Sequence record: PV112478.1
Strand: one strand, 5' to 3'
Length of the DNA: 64,000 nt
Position numbers and translations under genes: made by a program. Below the pieces are notes generated by a model, which was not told the DNA's origin, searched no databases, and was given only the letters and a program-made list of their open reading frames with translations. Below, piece by piece: positions 9,035 to 19,778 of this stretch (position 1 is the first letter of the stretch; each line of letters begins with the position of its first letter).

Positions 9035-9049
9035 CAATAGAGTGATATA
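9035..9049 (-). promoter_or_regulatory. phage promoter motif TATATCAC-NN-TATTG
   Basis: CAATAGAGTGATATA on plus strand. Confidence 0.6.
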
Positions 9050-9067
9050 TTCGTCTATTGTTTTCGA

Positions 9068-11260
9068 TTACCTATAGAAATTCGTCCCCATGTATTTTTG
9101 GAAGTCAGCGTGACGATTAGCGTTCATCTCCTCGATCTTACCTGCGACGTTAATCGGTTCCGCACCCGCCTCTTGTAAACACTCGTTAAGGTAATTGAGA
9201 CGTCGCTCAAGCTTCATAGTGATAATTGGATTATCGGCATTTTCGATGGCTGACAATGTCTTTTCAATTTCACGATGGAGGAAATCAATCTCTTCCTGCT
9301 GCTCGTCAATTTCCTGCGCATTCCCTGCCAACGCATCTACTGCCCCCGTCAATACCCTTCTGGAATCTAACCCGTAATAGTCTAAGTTCGATCCGTACAA
9401 TAACAGATAGACGGTCAGAAGGTAGGCGATAACGGTATCGTCATGTCCACCCGGTGGATGGTCAATTCTTCCGTTCTTCTCGACCAACCCGGTCAATTCC
9501 GCAATGAGAATTTTATCATGAAGTCGTGTAGCCCCTTTCTGCATGGCGATCTTCAGAACGGTTTCGTAAAGCTGACGTCGGGTGGTGGTTCCCGTGCAGA
9601 AACCAAACTTCGTTTTACGACGAATATAGAATGCGTCATCACGACGGTTCATGTCACCCTGCAGCTCAAGGAACGCCGCGGTGTCCACTGACTTATTATC
9701 GACAATTAAGTTAAAGATTCGTTTGAACGGATCAATTCCCTTGCTGTGCAATATCAGACAGAGGTAATCAATAAACGTTTGTCCGGTGGATTTACGTTCC
9801 GGGATGAAGACAGCCTTAGGATAAGAAATTAACAGATCACCTAAGAACTCAGCGTATTTAGGAATCAGTGCTTCGTTGATTACTGAAATCCCGATAACGT
9901 CCGCAGTATAAGGATCAAGGAACACCAACGACAGCGCATCTCGTCCACCGCCTTCTGAGGTATCGGCCCCAATGACAAAGGTCATCGTCTTACGATTTGC
10001 ATCCAGATATTCTTTGGAGACATACCAGTGGACAATGTAACCGTTCCTGAAGATTTCGGAATAATCGGAATAACGCTGTGAGGCAATGGCTTTTGCTAAC
10101 AGCTCTTTATCAATCGGGTTGTTCGTCCCCGCTGCGGTCCAGATGTTAAAGAAGTCACGATCTGCTTCTGGGCCACGTGCCATAGCACGACGCATGTTCT
10201 CGTAATGCTGTTCGTCAGAGACCCCAACCTGGTTGTGACTCCACGTTCCGTTGATTAAGAGTTTCGCATCAGAGGATTTCAGATTGCGCTGAACGATCTC
10301 ACGAAGTTCTTCTTGACTCCCTGCGTCGTAAAAGTGCTCAGACCACCGAGCAGCTTCGTTCCACATTTTGAAAACAAAGCGACCATCGCGAGACGTTTGG
10401 TCACCCGCGGTAGTGGTCATGATACTGCCCCAGGGCATGTTTCTCGCTTTCGCTTTTTGAATCGCGGCGTTCATACCGGGCATTGCTGCTTTAAACGCAA
10501 TTTCGATATAGTTGATGAAGGGAGTTTCATCCCAGCCTACCGTAGGCGAGGTGTTACCACGGCCAACTTTATTCGCACCACCTGGGTCAGAACGAGATAC
10601 TGCTACCGCAAACAAGTTACCACGGGTGTTATAGGTCACCTTCTCGTTAGCAATCGTGTCTGAACGGTCTGTTACTGTCAGATAAGGTGGCAAGTATTCA
10701 CGGATACGACGTATCATCGTGGTTGTTTCAGAACGTAATTCGTCTGATTTGGTCACGAGTGAGATACGGGCCTTTGTATATCGCATATACAGCAGCCAGG
10801 AGTAAAGACAATAAGAGATAAGTGACTTACCAGTCTGACGGGGTTGTATCAACAGGTAATCGATATGGTTCATGTACGACCAGATCAAAGACATATTCGC
10901 GCGGTTTGCTCTTAAAAGATCACCTTCTTCACCGACAACCGGCGGAACGCGAAGACACTCTCTGAGATAATACCAGATGTTATATTCCGCTTCGATCTTA
11001 ATTGCGATCATCTGTTCTTCAGTCAGATCGGGACTGAAAGGATCGACACCGACAAGGTCCGGGTTTAAAAGTGCAATCGGCCAGTGGTGGTTTTTAATTC
11101 CCATGTTTTGTAAGACACCAACAAAACGTAGGAATTCTTTGTTTGGCGTATCCCAATCCGGGATAGCAGAGGGATGATAATCCCAATCGCTAAGGTGGAG
11201 AATAGGACGCGAGTCATTCTCTAGAATAATGGAGGAGGTCATAGAGTTTCCCTCTGACAA
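9068..11260 (-). CDS. terL: terminase large subunit (phiKZ gp25-like)
   Basis: Walker A QPRQTGKS, Walker B VGWDE, RNase H-like nuclease GADTSEGGGRD...HDDTVIAYL; synteny with sheath/tube. Confidence 0.92.
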   Translation of the reverse strand: MSEGNSMTSSIILENDSRPILHLSDWDYHPSAIPDWDTPNKEFLRFVGVLQNMGIKNHHWPIALLNPDLVGVDPFSPDLTEEQMIAIKIEAEYNIWYYLRECLRVPPVVGEEGDLLRANRANMSLIWSYMNHIDYLLIQPRQTGKSLISYCLYSWLLYMRYTKARISLVTKSDELRSETTTMIRRIREYLPPYLTVTDRSDTIANEKVTYNTRGNLFAVAVSRSDPGGANKVGRGNTSPTVGWDETPFINYIEIAFKAAMPGMNAAIQKAKARNMPWGSIMTTTAGDQTSRDGRFVFKMWNEAARWSEHFYDAGSQEELREIVQRNLKSSDAKLLINGTWSHNQVGVSDEQHYENMRRAMARGPEADRDFFNIWTAAGTNNPIDKELLAKAIASQRYSDYSEIFRNGYIVHWYVSKEYLDANRKTMTFVIGADTSEGGGRDALSLVFLDPYTADVIGISVINEALIPKYAEFLGDLLISYPKAVFIPERKSTGQTFIDYLCLILHSKGIDPFKRIFNLIVDNKSVDTAAFLELQGDMNRRDDAFYIRRKTKFGFCTGTTTRRQLYETVLKIAMQKGATRLHDKILIAELTGLVEKNGRIDHPPGGHDDTVIAYLLTVYLLLYGSNLDYYGLDSRRVLTGAVDALAGNAQEIDEQQEEIDFLHREIEKTLSAIENADNPIITMKLERRLNYLNECLQEAGAEPINVAGKIEEMNANRHADFQKYMGTNFYR

Positions 11261-11289
11261 CGAAAAGACAATATCATAGGGAATATAGC

Positions 11290-11319
11290 GGTACAGGAGG
11301 CCATTAAGCCTCCTGTACC
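11290..11319 (-). terminator. hairpin terminator
   Basis: GGTACAGGAGGC-cattaa-GCCTCCTGTACC. Confidence 0.65.
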
Positions 11320-11333
11320 AAGGGTTTGTACTT

Positions 11334-13043
11334 TTAACTCAGTGTTTGACGTATGATCAAACCGGAAGACGCAAGTTGTAAATCCACCCCGTTCACTGAA
11401 CGTACCCAATGAACGAGCGCCAATTCACCTACGTGCCCACCGGTTGCAATGGTAAACGTCGTGTTCCAGGCAGAGATCGGTTGTCTGACTCGAATGTTAT
11501 CCACCTGAAGAATGAAGTGCGTCGGCATCGGCGCTTCCGTTTCTGTCTCAGTGTCAAACAACGGGTGAAGACGGTAATATAGCCGATCCAGCCATTCGTT
11601 CTGTGTCTGGGCTCCCATGGTAAGGTCAGTCGACCAAACCTGAGACGAAATGTATTTCAGACGACATTCTAACGATCCGCCGTAGTCTTCGTCACCCAGT
11701 TCGTAGTTGACGTACCACGGACTATCAACGCCCGATTCACCATTGGCCATCAGGGTGATGTCGTTGCTCTGTACATGTCGATAGGAGCCAAACGAAGCAG
11801 AGACTTTGGAAATATCAAGCGCAAAGATCATGTGCTGTTTGGTGTTGTAAAGCGTAGGGTCCCAAACCGCCGAACCCGGCGACGCTTCGACGATATCGGT
11901 CACTTCGTACATCGCCAGACGATCGAGCGAATACATAAAGTGACGGAGCTTAAACCCGTTACCGTTCCGCTGCCATTCCGGGAACATGAAGAGTTTAACT
12001 GCATAGGCATTCGGTAAAGTTACAGTTTCGATCGTATAGGGAACCGTGATCGTTCCAGAAGCTGTCGTTGTCCCTTTAAAACTCTCTGTCGTGTCGAGCT
12101 GATAGAAAAGCGTCAGTGGGCTGTTTTGACCCGATTGCGTCGGGATAAACTCCGCTAAACCAGACAGGTAGATCTTACTGCCGTCCACCGGTTTAATGAC
12201 CGAGCTGCCATCAGTGTACGTTACCTTCGCGCTGACATCGATGGAGGTCATCAGAAGATTGACCGGAACATTCAGGCGGTTAGGGTCGGTTGCCGACAGG
12301 TAACTGCTGACCAAGGCGACCGAGTCAATAGAACGTTTCGCTGAATTCGATTGACGAATAATACCAGAGTCAACAACGGTCATTGTGAAACGGGACGTCG
12401 GTAACCCCGCAGCGTCGTAGAACACCACCAGGACTGTCTCACCGTTGGTGATTTTACGCGTAGCGTTGGCAGTCACGGGAATACGGTAATTACCGGTTCC
12501 ATCCCCATCGATTGTCATCAGAGGGATTTTATCGCTTTCGAGTTCACCGGACTGATTGTAATACGCTGAAAGCACTTCGAGGTTACCGGTACTGGACATG
12601 TTAGAGAAAACTCGCACGTAAGTCGCAGTAGGTTGATAGGCTCTCATTAAACTGTCGAATGCCATCTCCGGCGGTGAAACGGTATTGTCGACATAAACGA
12701 AATAGCCAGGTTGCGGGTAACGGCTACCGACTCCCAGCAGAATATCGATGGAGTTATCAATCGTAGTAGGAACGTTGTACGCAATCCACTTAGAAAGTAA
12801 TGTTGAGGTATCGACTTCGGTAACGATATAGAGACCTGAAGTTTTGTCGAAGATACGGTTACCAACATTCGGCACAAACCGGCCTTTGTTACCGCTACCA
12901 ATCCCTGCTGGTCCGACATAGATCTCGGACATGTCCCATTCTTTCCATAATCCATTCGGGTTCCAAATGGGGACGTCAGACGGCGTACTGTCCGTTAACG
13001 CTAATGCGTAACGCACCCCACTACTCGTGATCGATGTGGTCAT
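11334..13043 (-). CDS. virion structural protein (phiKZ gp26-like, baseplate region)
   Basis: 569 aa, beta-rich; syntenic position between terminase and sheath in phiKZ-like phages. Confidence 0.75.
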   Translation of the reverse strand: MTTSITSSGVRYALALTDSTPSDVPIWNPNGLWKEWDMSEIYVGPAGIGSGNKGRFVPNVGNRIFDKTSGLYIVTEVDTSTLLSKWIAYNVPTTIDNSIDILLGVGSRYPQPGYFVYVDNTVSPPEMAFDSLMRAYQPTATYVRVFSNMSSTGNLEVLSAYYNQSGELESDKIPLMTIDGDGTGNYRIPVTANATRKITNGETVLVVFYDAAGLPTSRFTMTVVDSGIIRQSNSAKRSIDSVALVSSYLSATDPNRLNVPVNLLMTSIDVSAKVTYTDGSSVIKPVDGSKIYLSGLAEFIPTQSGQNSPLTLFYQLDTTESFKGTTTASGTITVPYTIETVTLPNAYAVKLFMFPEWQRNGNGFKLRHFMYSLDRLAMYEVTDIVEASPGSAVWDPTLYNTKQHMIFALDISKVSASFGSYRHVQSNDITLMANGESGVDSPWYVNYELGDEDYGGSLECRLKYISSQVWSTDLTMGAQTQNEWLDRLYYRLHPLFDTETETEAPMPTHFILQVDNIRVRQPISAWNTTFTIATGGHVGELALVHWVRSVNGVDLQLASSGLIIRQTLS

Positions 13044-13044
13044 T

Positions 13045-15603
13045 TCAGGATTCCTTTATAAAGAAATAGTTATTAAGCGACAGACGATTATTCAGGTAAT
13101 ACTGATTGACGTTCTGAAGGAACTTCCAGCGCTTTGTGGTTACCGCGACGGCGGAGCTAAACGGATGTGCGTCAATGAAAATGTAGTTTGTATTCCAGAC
13201 GCTTCGGCACGGGTCAATATCGAGGTACTCGCTGTAGTTCTTCATGACACGGTCAAGCGAGACTTTGTCATTAACGTTCAACGGTTCAGTGATGGTTCCG
13301 TTATCAAGATCGAAGATCAGTCGTGTGATCACCACCGAGAACATCCGATAACGTTCGCTGATTGGGTTAGGGCCGGTTAAGACCTTCTCCGGGTACTTCA
13401 ACGTCATGTAGTCACTGACACGCTTATCGCTTTCGGCACCCATCTGAATCAACTCAGCGTTCGCATTCGTCGATATCCCGTACAGCGGAACGAAAACCGT
13501 CTCTTCGCAGTAAGGTAAGCCGTTAGGGAGTAACGGGATTTGTTTTTCGTCAGCGTCTTCAATAAACGGCACTGTTGAAGGGTCAACCACTTTCCCGTCA
13601 ATAATCGTACGTATAACCTTGTCGTCACGAATATCAAACGTACCGTTCACACTGACATAACCGTGATCCACGAATCCGATATTCAGCGGTCTTTTGTACT
13701 TCGCGCTTGGCGTTTCCCAACCTAAACAGGCAAAGGTAAAGTTTTGACTGTTGCCTAACGTTTCATCGTAGTAACGATTGGTGATGACCGTTCCTTTATT
13801 TCCGTCCAAGATATAGTCGAGCCCTTCAATCAACGGATGGCCATTCATCCACACGCGCAGTTGTTGTGGCCGAATAGGAAGAATCGTCCCGAGCGTCTTA
13901 CCGTAGGTCAGTGTAAAGCGGAAGATCCCGTCCGAACTCCCTACAACCTGATCGTATACAAGCGCCTCAGAGCTACTGAGGATCAGGCCCATGTTTCTGG
14001 CCTTGACGTGAATCCACGTGACGACATTATTTAAGACCGTGTAATCCGTCCCTTCTACGGCCGGTACCCAGACGTCGGAGACAACTCCTTTGTTGATCGC
14101 CGCTTTAAAGAAGTAGTATTGGTACTTATCGTCCAGCGTGTAGTTGTTGTTACTGGGCGCCCAGGTAATGGCTTTCTTACCCCACCCCATGAACCCCTCA
14201 ACCAGCGCTGCCCGCTCATTCTTCACGAAGTAGCGTTCCGAGTAACCGTGCTGATTCCAGCCCAACAACACCCCGTCTTCGTCGTACTCAAAGAGCGTAG
14301 AACAGAGCGAGAGTCCAAAGGGTAGATCGACAAAACCACCGTTCGAGGAAGGCGTCACCTTCGTTGGGTTTAACGCAAAGAGTTTTGCTAATGCGTTGTA
14401 GCCGTAAGCGTTGATGACGTCCGTCGCTGTAAACGAGCCCCAGAAGTTTCGCATGATCGCCGTATAAAGAGAGTTTTCCAGGTTCTCTACACGCCACTCA
14501 GCCAACGTGGAATCGAGTCCAATCATTGCTCTGAGAATGTCAGTGTCGCTTAAACGGTAAAGTGTTTCAATCCGATTCACCTCGTCGATGAGAGGGCGTT
14601 TAAAACCAGACTCACGAAGATGAAGACGAATATAAAGGTTGTCGTACGTTGTCCAGCCATCATTCAGATAAGCCGAAACATAACCCGTCGGAATACTGTA
14701 ATCGGCGTGAGTTACGTTACGTAGACTGTTCTCTTTATTGCGGTGATAATAGCGACCTGAAACCGAATCATTCGCGCCGACTTTGTACATGAACAAATCG
14801 ATATCGTCGACGTAATAGATTTCGTTATCGTGCGTATTTTTACTCGGGTGCAGCAGATACTTCTTCAGGTTGTCTAACGTCGACGTATAGTCGTACAGCG
14901 ACGAGACTTTGAAGTCCACTACGTGACTCACCGCGGCGTCGTAAACTGCCTCAACCAGGTCACCAATGGAAATATCAGTCGATTTGATTTCCGGCTTCCA
15001 CACGCCATTATGGTAAATATTGGTTACACCGGTTAAGGTTTGCAGCGGCCGCAACCCATTAATAAACGCAGCGATATCGGTTTGCTTAGTAATCTCTCTG
15101 CCGATATAGCCCACTTTCTGACCGATGTTATTACTTCGCTCTGAACGGAAAAAGGCGTTGTTGTAAATTCTGAGATACGCTTTCTTTTCACTTAACTCGC
15201 CAAAGATAGCGTGCTCTTTAATCGCAATGATCAAATTGTCGTCGTAGGTACGAAGAACGTAACTGCTAAAGAGCGGGAGTTTAACGCCCGTTTCCAGATA
15301 GAGGTCAATGATCAGCGCAGTCGCTTCGCTGTAAGGTCCCAACGCCATCCATTTTCCGCGAACGTCAGGGAGACCTGTACGCCAACGACTGTTTGCCCCG
15401 ATCTGATAGAGATGATAGACGTCGCCTTCGGTAGGTAATGGGGTATCAACCCAGAGAATGGTACTGGAAACTTTCGCACCACTGTCTCGACTGATTCGCG
15501 TCAGATCGAGAATGACCTGACGATCCTGAATAGGTGCACACCACAAATTCGTGCGTGCATGATCGAGAAGGAAACTTTCGGTTACGGAATTCATTACACG
15601 CAC
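13045..15603 (-). CDS. virion structural protein (phiKZ gp27-like, baseplate wedge-like)
   Basis: 852 aa; N-terminal LLDHARTNLWCAP.QDRQ motif and synteny. Confidence 0.75.
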   Translation of the reverse strand: MRVMNSVTESFLLDHARTNLWCAPIQDRQVILDLTRISRDSGAKVSSTILWVDTPLPTEGDVYHLYQIGANSRWRTGLPDVRGKWMALGPYSEATALIIDLYLETGVKLPLFSSYVLRTYDDNLIIAIKEHAIFGELSEKKAYLRIYNNAFFRSERSNNIGQKVGYIGREITKQTDIAAFINGLRPLQTLTGVTNIYHNGVWKPEIKSTDISIGDLVEAVYDAAVSHVVDFKVSSLYDYTSTLDNLKKYLLHPSKNTHDNEIYYVDDIDLFMYKVGANDSVSGRYYHRNKENSLRNVTHADYSIPTGYVSAYLNDGWTTYDNLYIRLHLRESGFKRPLIDEVNRIETLYRLSDTDILRAMIGLDSTLAEWRVENLENSLYTAIMRNFWGSFTATDVINAYGYNALAKLFALNPTKVTPSSNGGFVDLPFGLSLCSTLFEYDEDGVLLGWNQHGYSERYFVKNERAALVEGFMGWGKKAITWAPSNNNYTLDDKYQYYFFKAAINKGVVSDVWVPAVEGTDYTVLNNVVTWIHVKARNMGLILSSSEALVYDQVVGSSDGIFRFTLTYGKTLGTILPIRPQQLRVWMNGHPLIEGLDYILDGNKGTVITNRYYDETLGNSQNFTFACLGWETPSAKYKRPLNIGFVDHGYVSVNGTFDIRDDKVIRTIIDGKVVDPSTVPFIEDADEKQIPLLPNGLPYCEETVFVPLYGISTNANAELIQMGAESDKRVSDYMTLKYPEKVLTGPNPISERYRMFSVVITRLIFDLDNGTITEPLNVNDKVSLDRVMKNYSEYLDIDPCRSVWNTNYIFIDAHPFSSAVAVTTKRWKFLQNVNQYYLNNRLSLNNYFFIKES

Positions 15604-15611
15604 CTTCTACT

Positions 15612-16550
15612 TTAATAAGTTTTCTCGTGATGATTCGCCGTCAATGCGATCAGGTCGTTAACACGAGCAACGAAATCGTCGGTTTTCAGATTACGACCTT
15701 CACGGTCAATCAACTGCGTTAACCATGCTTTACGGTATTGTTTTTCACCGGCACACGCTGAATAAATCATGGCAATAAACATCGGTGGGTATTCGAGCGC
15801 CACGGCCAATTGCTCACGGACTTCTGAACTACCAAACCAGCTAGTTGATGTCAACGTCCAGAGAATGCGTTTGTCAATTCGTTTCAGCGATAAGCTCTCA
15901 CCGAATTCAGCTAACGCTTTGCAATAGTCATCGAGGTTCGCCATGTAGCCAACCGGACGCAACCACAGATCCAGTTTCTGATAAGGGATATTCAGGATGC
16001 GACTGATCTTCACGCAGAAGACCTCGTGACGACGATCGTTAAAATCTTTCGCATCGCAGTGTAAGCAGTAGTAATAATAAGCAGTGATTGCTTTGAGTTT
16101 TTCTGCAACCAGCTCATTCAGGTTCAGTTTGTTTTTGAGCAGTCCAGTTAACCACTTAGCAAAGATTGCCAACGGGACATCAACGTTGAAATAGAACGCA
16201 TCGATATTCCCTTCCGACCAAGCCATCTCCAGAACAGCACGGCGGAAAATGATCCCGACAGAACCTTCATTAACAAAGTCTGTGGTACCGTCTGCATTTA
16301 ATTTTAACGTCCCGCGGTAAGGGCGAAGATCAATATATGTATACGGTATACTTTGAACTTCTTGAGAAAGGGGATGACGAAAGACAGGAATGGCTTCCAA
16401 TTCTGGGGTTTTCTCCAGTACCGCGAACAGCCCTTTAAAGTGGTTAATTGGGGTTAATGCACCTTCTGCGTTCGCCACCAACATCTTCCCGGGTAGACTC
16501 GCAGGAAAAATAGAACTGCCGGCTGAGGTGTCAAAACTGTGTTTAAACAT
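15612..16550 (-). CDS. virion structural protein (phiKZ gp28-like)
   Basis: 312 aa, divergent from sheath; C-terminal ALEYPPMFIAMIYSA motif; synteny. Confidence 0.65.
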   Translation of the reverse strand: MFKHSFDTSAGSSIFPASLPGKMLVANAEGALTPINHFKGLFAVLEKTPELEAIPVFRHPLSQEVQSIPYTYIDLRPYRGTLKLNADGTTDFVNEGSVGIIFRRAVLEMAWSEGNIDAFYFNVDVPLAIFAKWLTGLLKNKLNLNELVAEKLKAITAYYYYCLHCDAKDFNDRRHEVFCVKISRILNIPYQKLDLWLRPVGYMANLDDYCKALAEFGESLSLKRIDKRILWTLTSTSWFGSSEVREQLAVALEYPPMFIAMIYSACAGEKQYRKAWLTQLIDREGRNLKTDDFVARVNDLIALTANHHEKTY

Positions 16551-16713
16551 TGCTTAATTCTCCGATAATGACCGTGACCTATAGAATGTTAATATGACGA
16601 CGTTTCCGTATTACCGGTAAACTATGGTTTAAAAACCACCCAAGCTTGGATTTAGCGTCATCAAGTAGCTACATAATTTATGCGGTACCCACTCTTTTTA
16701 AGAGGCAAAAGAC

Positions 16714-18783
16714 ATGTCAGAACAAATTACGGGATCAACACCCAGAATTTATTACCGCGGTACGAAGGATATTTCGTTCACCCGTTCTACGGGTTCAACG
16801 ACGACCCTGGCTCTTCATCGACCGCTCATCATGTTCTTCGGCCAGAAAGGTCCAACTGTCCCTACCTGGATCGATCCGGTAAAATTCGAAGACATTTACG
16901 GTAGCGAAACTACCAACCTTTCCGGCGTTTATGCGACCCACAGTACTCCTTTTATTAAGGAAGCGATTGCAGCGGGTAACCAGTTCCTGGCCTTGCGTCT
17001 GGAACCGGCAGATATCCCTGACGTCGCCACGCTGGGTCTCTCCGTCGATTGGGTAAAAACCAAAATCGACGACTATGAGCGTAACGACGACGGAACTTAT
17101 AAAACCGATACCAACGGTGACAAAATTCCGCTGGCCACGCAAGTAGACGGGATCAAATTCCGCTTTGTTCTCTCTAAAATCGAGACGGACGAGTCGGGCG
17201 TTTCCCAGTACAAAAAACGTACCGCTTCTGCGGGGACAATCGGTACCGCTGAGAACCCGTCAACGATCACGCCACTGGCCGATTTCCGTTGCCGTTATAA
17301 ATCGTCTCTCGGTGCGAATACAGCGATCCGTATTTGGGCACCGACTGTCAATTCGACTCAGGCCGCTGATGCCGATCTGCAAGAACGTATCAAATCGTTC
17401 CTGTACCGCTTCCAGCTCCTGACCCGTACCGATAAAAACAGTTCACCAACTATTTTTGAGACGATCTATAATGAAGCGTCTCTGTCGGTCGGTTTCGGTG
17501 AGAACTTAGTCGATCCGCAGACCGAAGTGGTTTACGATTTCGCGGAACGTATCGAAAGTCGTTACAACGACGAAGATCCATCGACTTACCTGATGTCGCC
17601 GATCGATGCGCCGTACCTGTATCAGTCCAACATCGATACCGTCCTGAAAGCAGTACAGTCGGTGGAATCCACCTTCGGTACGGTTTCTGACGATGAAGCG
17701 GATCTCTACACAATTAACCTGTTCGGTGCGCAGACGGTAGAGGGTGTACCGTATCACGCTGTTCAGATTATGGGCGTACTGGATGGTGGCGTCACGCTGA
17801 CAGAAACCTCCACCAACTACCTGCAAGGCGGTGGTGACGGTACGCTGGGTAACGCCAGTTTCAACGCTGCCGCTAACCTGGTGCTGTCCAACATGTCCAG
17901 CGGCGCATCTTTCAATATCGGTAACTACGCGCGTTATCCGTTCAATGCGTTCTGGGATTCCGGTTTCGACCTGAAGACCAAACAACTGATTCCGCAATTG
18001 ATCGGTCTGCGTGCAGACACCTGGATCGCCCTGTCGACTCAGGACATCAGCCTCGACTTCAACAGCAATGAAGAAGAAGAATCAATCGCGCTGTCCCTGA
18101 TGTCTCGCGTAAACGCTTTCCCGGACTCCTCTGATTTCGGTACCCCGGCGTTTCGCGGTATGATCGTAGGTGGTGCAGGTTATTACACGGAAACTACGCG
18201 TAAGCTGGCGGTCCCGCTGACCCTCGACCGTTTCCGTGCTTACTGTCAGTATGCTGGCGCTTCTGACGGTGTACTCAAACCGGAATACGCGGTGGATGAA
18301 GGTGAGAACCGGAAAGTCCAGGTGGTTAAAAATATTAACAACCTCGATAAATCCTGGCGCGTTCGTCGTGCGCAGTGGAACAACAACCTGGTTTACGTAG
18401 AAGACTACGATACCGGTTCGCAGTTCTACCCGGGCCAGCAGTCGTTCTACAGCGAACAAGGTTCCGTACTGAAGGCGGCTATCGTGGGTCTGTGCGTGGC
18501 TAACCTGAACCGTTTCGCTTTCGAAGCGTGGCGTGACCTGAGCGGTACTCAGAAACTCACCGACGATCAGTTGATTGAGCGCTCTGACGAAATCGTGAGC
18601 ACCCGCGGTGCCGGTGCCTTCGATAACCGCCTGATCTTCACGCCGCATTCTGAGATTACCCAGGCCGATAAAGAACGTGGTTATTCTTGGTCTATGCGCA
18701 TTGACTTCGGTGCTAACGCGTTCCGTACCGTAATGGATATGTCTTCTGTCGCATACACCAGAGAGGAATTAGCAAATGGCTAA
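16714..18783 (+). CDS. contractile tail sheath protein (phiKZ gp29-like)
   Basis: 689 aa; HRPLIMFFGQKGP, YL.GG.DGTL, FWDSGF motifs; followed by tube gene. Confidence 0.9.
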   Translation: MSEQITGSTPRIYYRGTKDISFTRSTGSTTTLALHRPLIMFFGQKGPTVPTWIDPVKFEDIYGSETTNLSGVYATHSTPFIKEAIAAGNQFLALRLEPADIPDVATLGLSVDWVKTKIDDYERNDDGTYKTDTNGDKIPLATQVDGIKFRFVLSKIETDESGVSQYKKRTASAGTIGTAENPSTITPLADFRCRYKSSLGANTAIRIWAPTVNSTQAADADLQERIKSFLYRFQLLTRTDKNSSPTIFETIYNEASLSVGFGENLVDPQTEVVYDFAERIESRYNDEDPSTYLMSPIDAPYLYQSNIDTVLKAVQSVESTFGTVSDDEADLYTINLFGAQTVEGVPYHAVQIMGVLDGGVTLTETSTNYLQGGGDGTLGNASFNAAANLVLSNMSSGASFNIGNYARYPFNAFWDSGFDLKTKQLIPQLIGLRADTWIALSTQDISLDFNSNEEEESIALSLMSRVNAFPDSSDFGTPAFRGMIVGGAGYYTETTRKLAVPLTLDRFRAYCQYAGASDGVLKPEYAVDEGENRKVQVVKNINNLDKSWRVRRAQWNNNLVYVEDYDTGSQFYPGQQSFYSEQGSVLKAAIVGLCVANLNRFAFEAWRDLSGTQKLTDDQLIERSDEIVSTRGAGAFDNRLIFTPHSEITQADKERGYSWSMRIDFGANAFRTVMDMSSVAYTREELANG

Positions 18784-19651
18784 GAAAGATCCGAACACAG
18801 TCATGAGTGCTAATAGTTCGTACGCTAACGGGGCCAATGGTCCCGTGACGAACTTGGAAATCCCAGCACCCTATGGCTATACCCCTGACTTCCGTTATTA
18901 CCACGCTGCGGCCGATTATACTCGTCGCCCGACCATCGCGTTTCTGATGGAGTTGCCTAACTGCTTCAAAGACACTGATGACCCGGAAAAATGGGGCGGT
19001 TCACTGAAAGCGCTAATCGAGATGCACGCTCGTACGATCGACGGTATCGATTACACGCTGGAAGTAGAACACGTTGAAACCCCGTTCGGTGGCGGCGGCG
19101 AAATGATGCAAACGCTGTCCAAGGTTCGTCGCGCTCGTTCTGTCCCGGTCTTTACCTGGGTAGAAAAAGTAGGGATGCCGGTTTCCCGTTACTGGAACAA
19201 CTACATCCTGTACTTCATGGGCGAACCGAACTCCAACGTCGCAGGGATTATTGGTAAAGGTGGTATTACCCCGGCTGCAACTTACCCGGATTACAACACC
19301 TTCTCCATCCTGTTTGTGGAACCGGATCCGACCGAACGTTACGCGTTGCGTTCTACGCTGATCACTAACATGCAACCGACCGGCCAAGGCCCGGAAATGC
19401 GCATGTCAAAAGATCAGACCTCTTCACCGGAACAGCTCCAGGTATCCTTGACGATGACTGGTCTGCAGATGGTAGGTCGCGGCGTTGATAAACTCGGTCA
19501 GATGATGTTGGACCGCGCGTCCCAGACGGGTATCGATCTTAACGCCCAACCTGCCTTCCTGAGCGATCGTGAAGCAGACGTGGCGGCAAGAGACGACGGG
19601 TATATCGAACAATTAGTTTCGAGCCTGTCTAAACCTGGTGTGGCGATCTAA
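18776..19651 (+). CDS. tail tube protein (phiKZ gp30-like)
   Basis: 291 aa overlapping the sheath stop; LKALIEMHARTIDG, FVEPDPT motifs. Confidence 0.85.
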   Translation: MAKKDPNTVMSANSSYANGANGPVTNLEIPAPYGYTPDFRYYHAAADYTRRPTIAFLMELPNCFKDTDDPEKWGGSLKALIEMHARTIDGIDYTLEVEHVETPFGGGGEMMQTLSKVRRARSVPVFTWVEKVGMPVSRYWNNYILYFMGEPNSNVAGIIGKGGITPAATYPDYNTFSILFVEPDPTERYALRSTLITNMQPTGQGPEMRMSKDQTSSPEQLQVSLTMTGLQMVGRGVDKLGQMMLDRASQTGIDLNAQPAFLSDREADVAARDDGYIEQLVSSLSKPGVAI

Positions 19652-19677
19652 GTTATCAACACCTTAGTAAATAGATT

Positions 19678-19705
19678 CCTCAAGGAACCTTCGGGTTCCT
19701 TGAGG
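19678..19705 (+). terminator. intrinsic terminator with UUCG loop
   Basis: CCTCAAGGAACC-ttcg-GGTTCCTTGAGG then T-rich run. Confidence 0.8.
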
Positions 19706-19778
19706 TTTATTCTCTTAAGTTTTTTATTTTACCGACCTGCAATAATCATCCTATGAAAGAATAGTTGAGAGGTGAATT

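Noticed and set aside
17506-18648. Minus-strand ORFs of 163 and 188 aa inside the sheath gene
   Set aside because: Antisense shadows caused by the sheath's strong codon bias.
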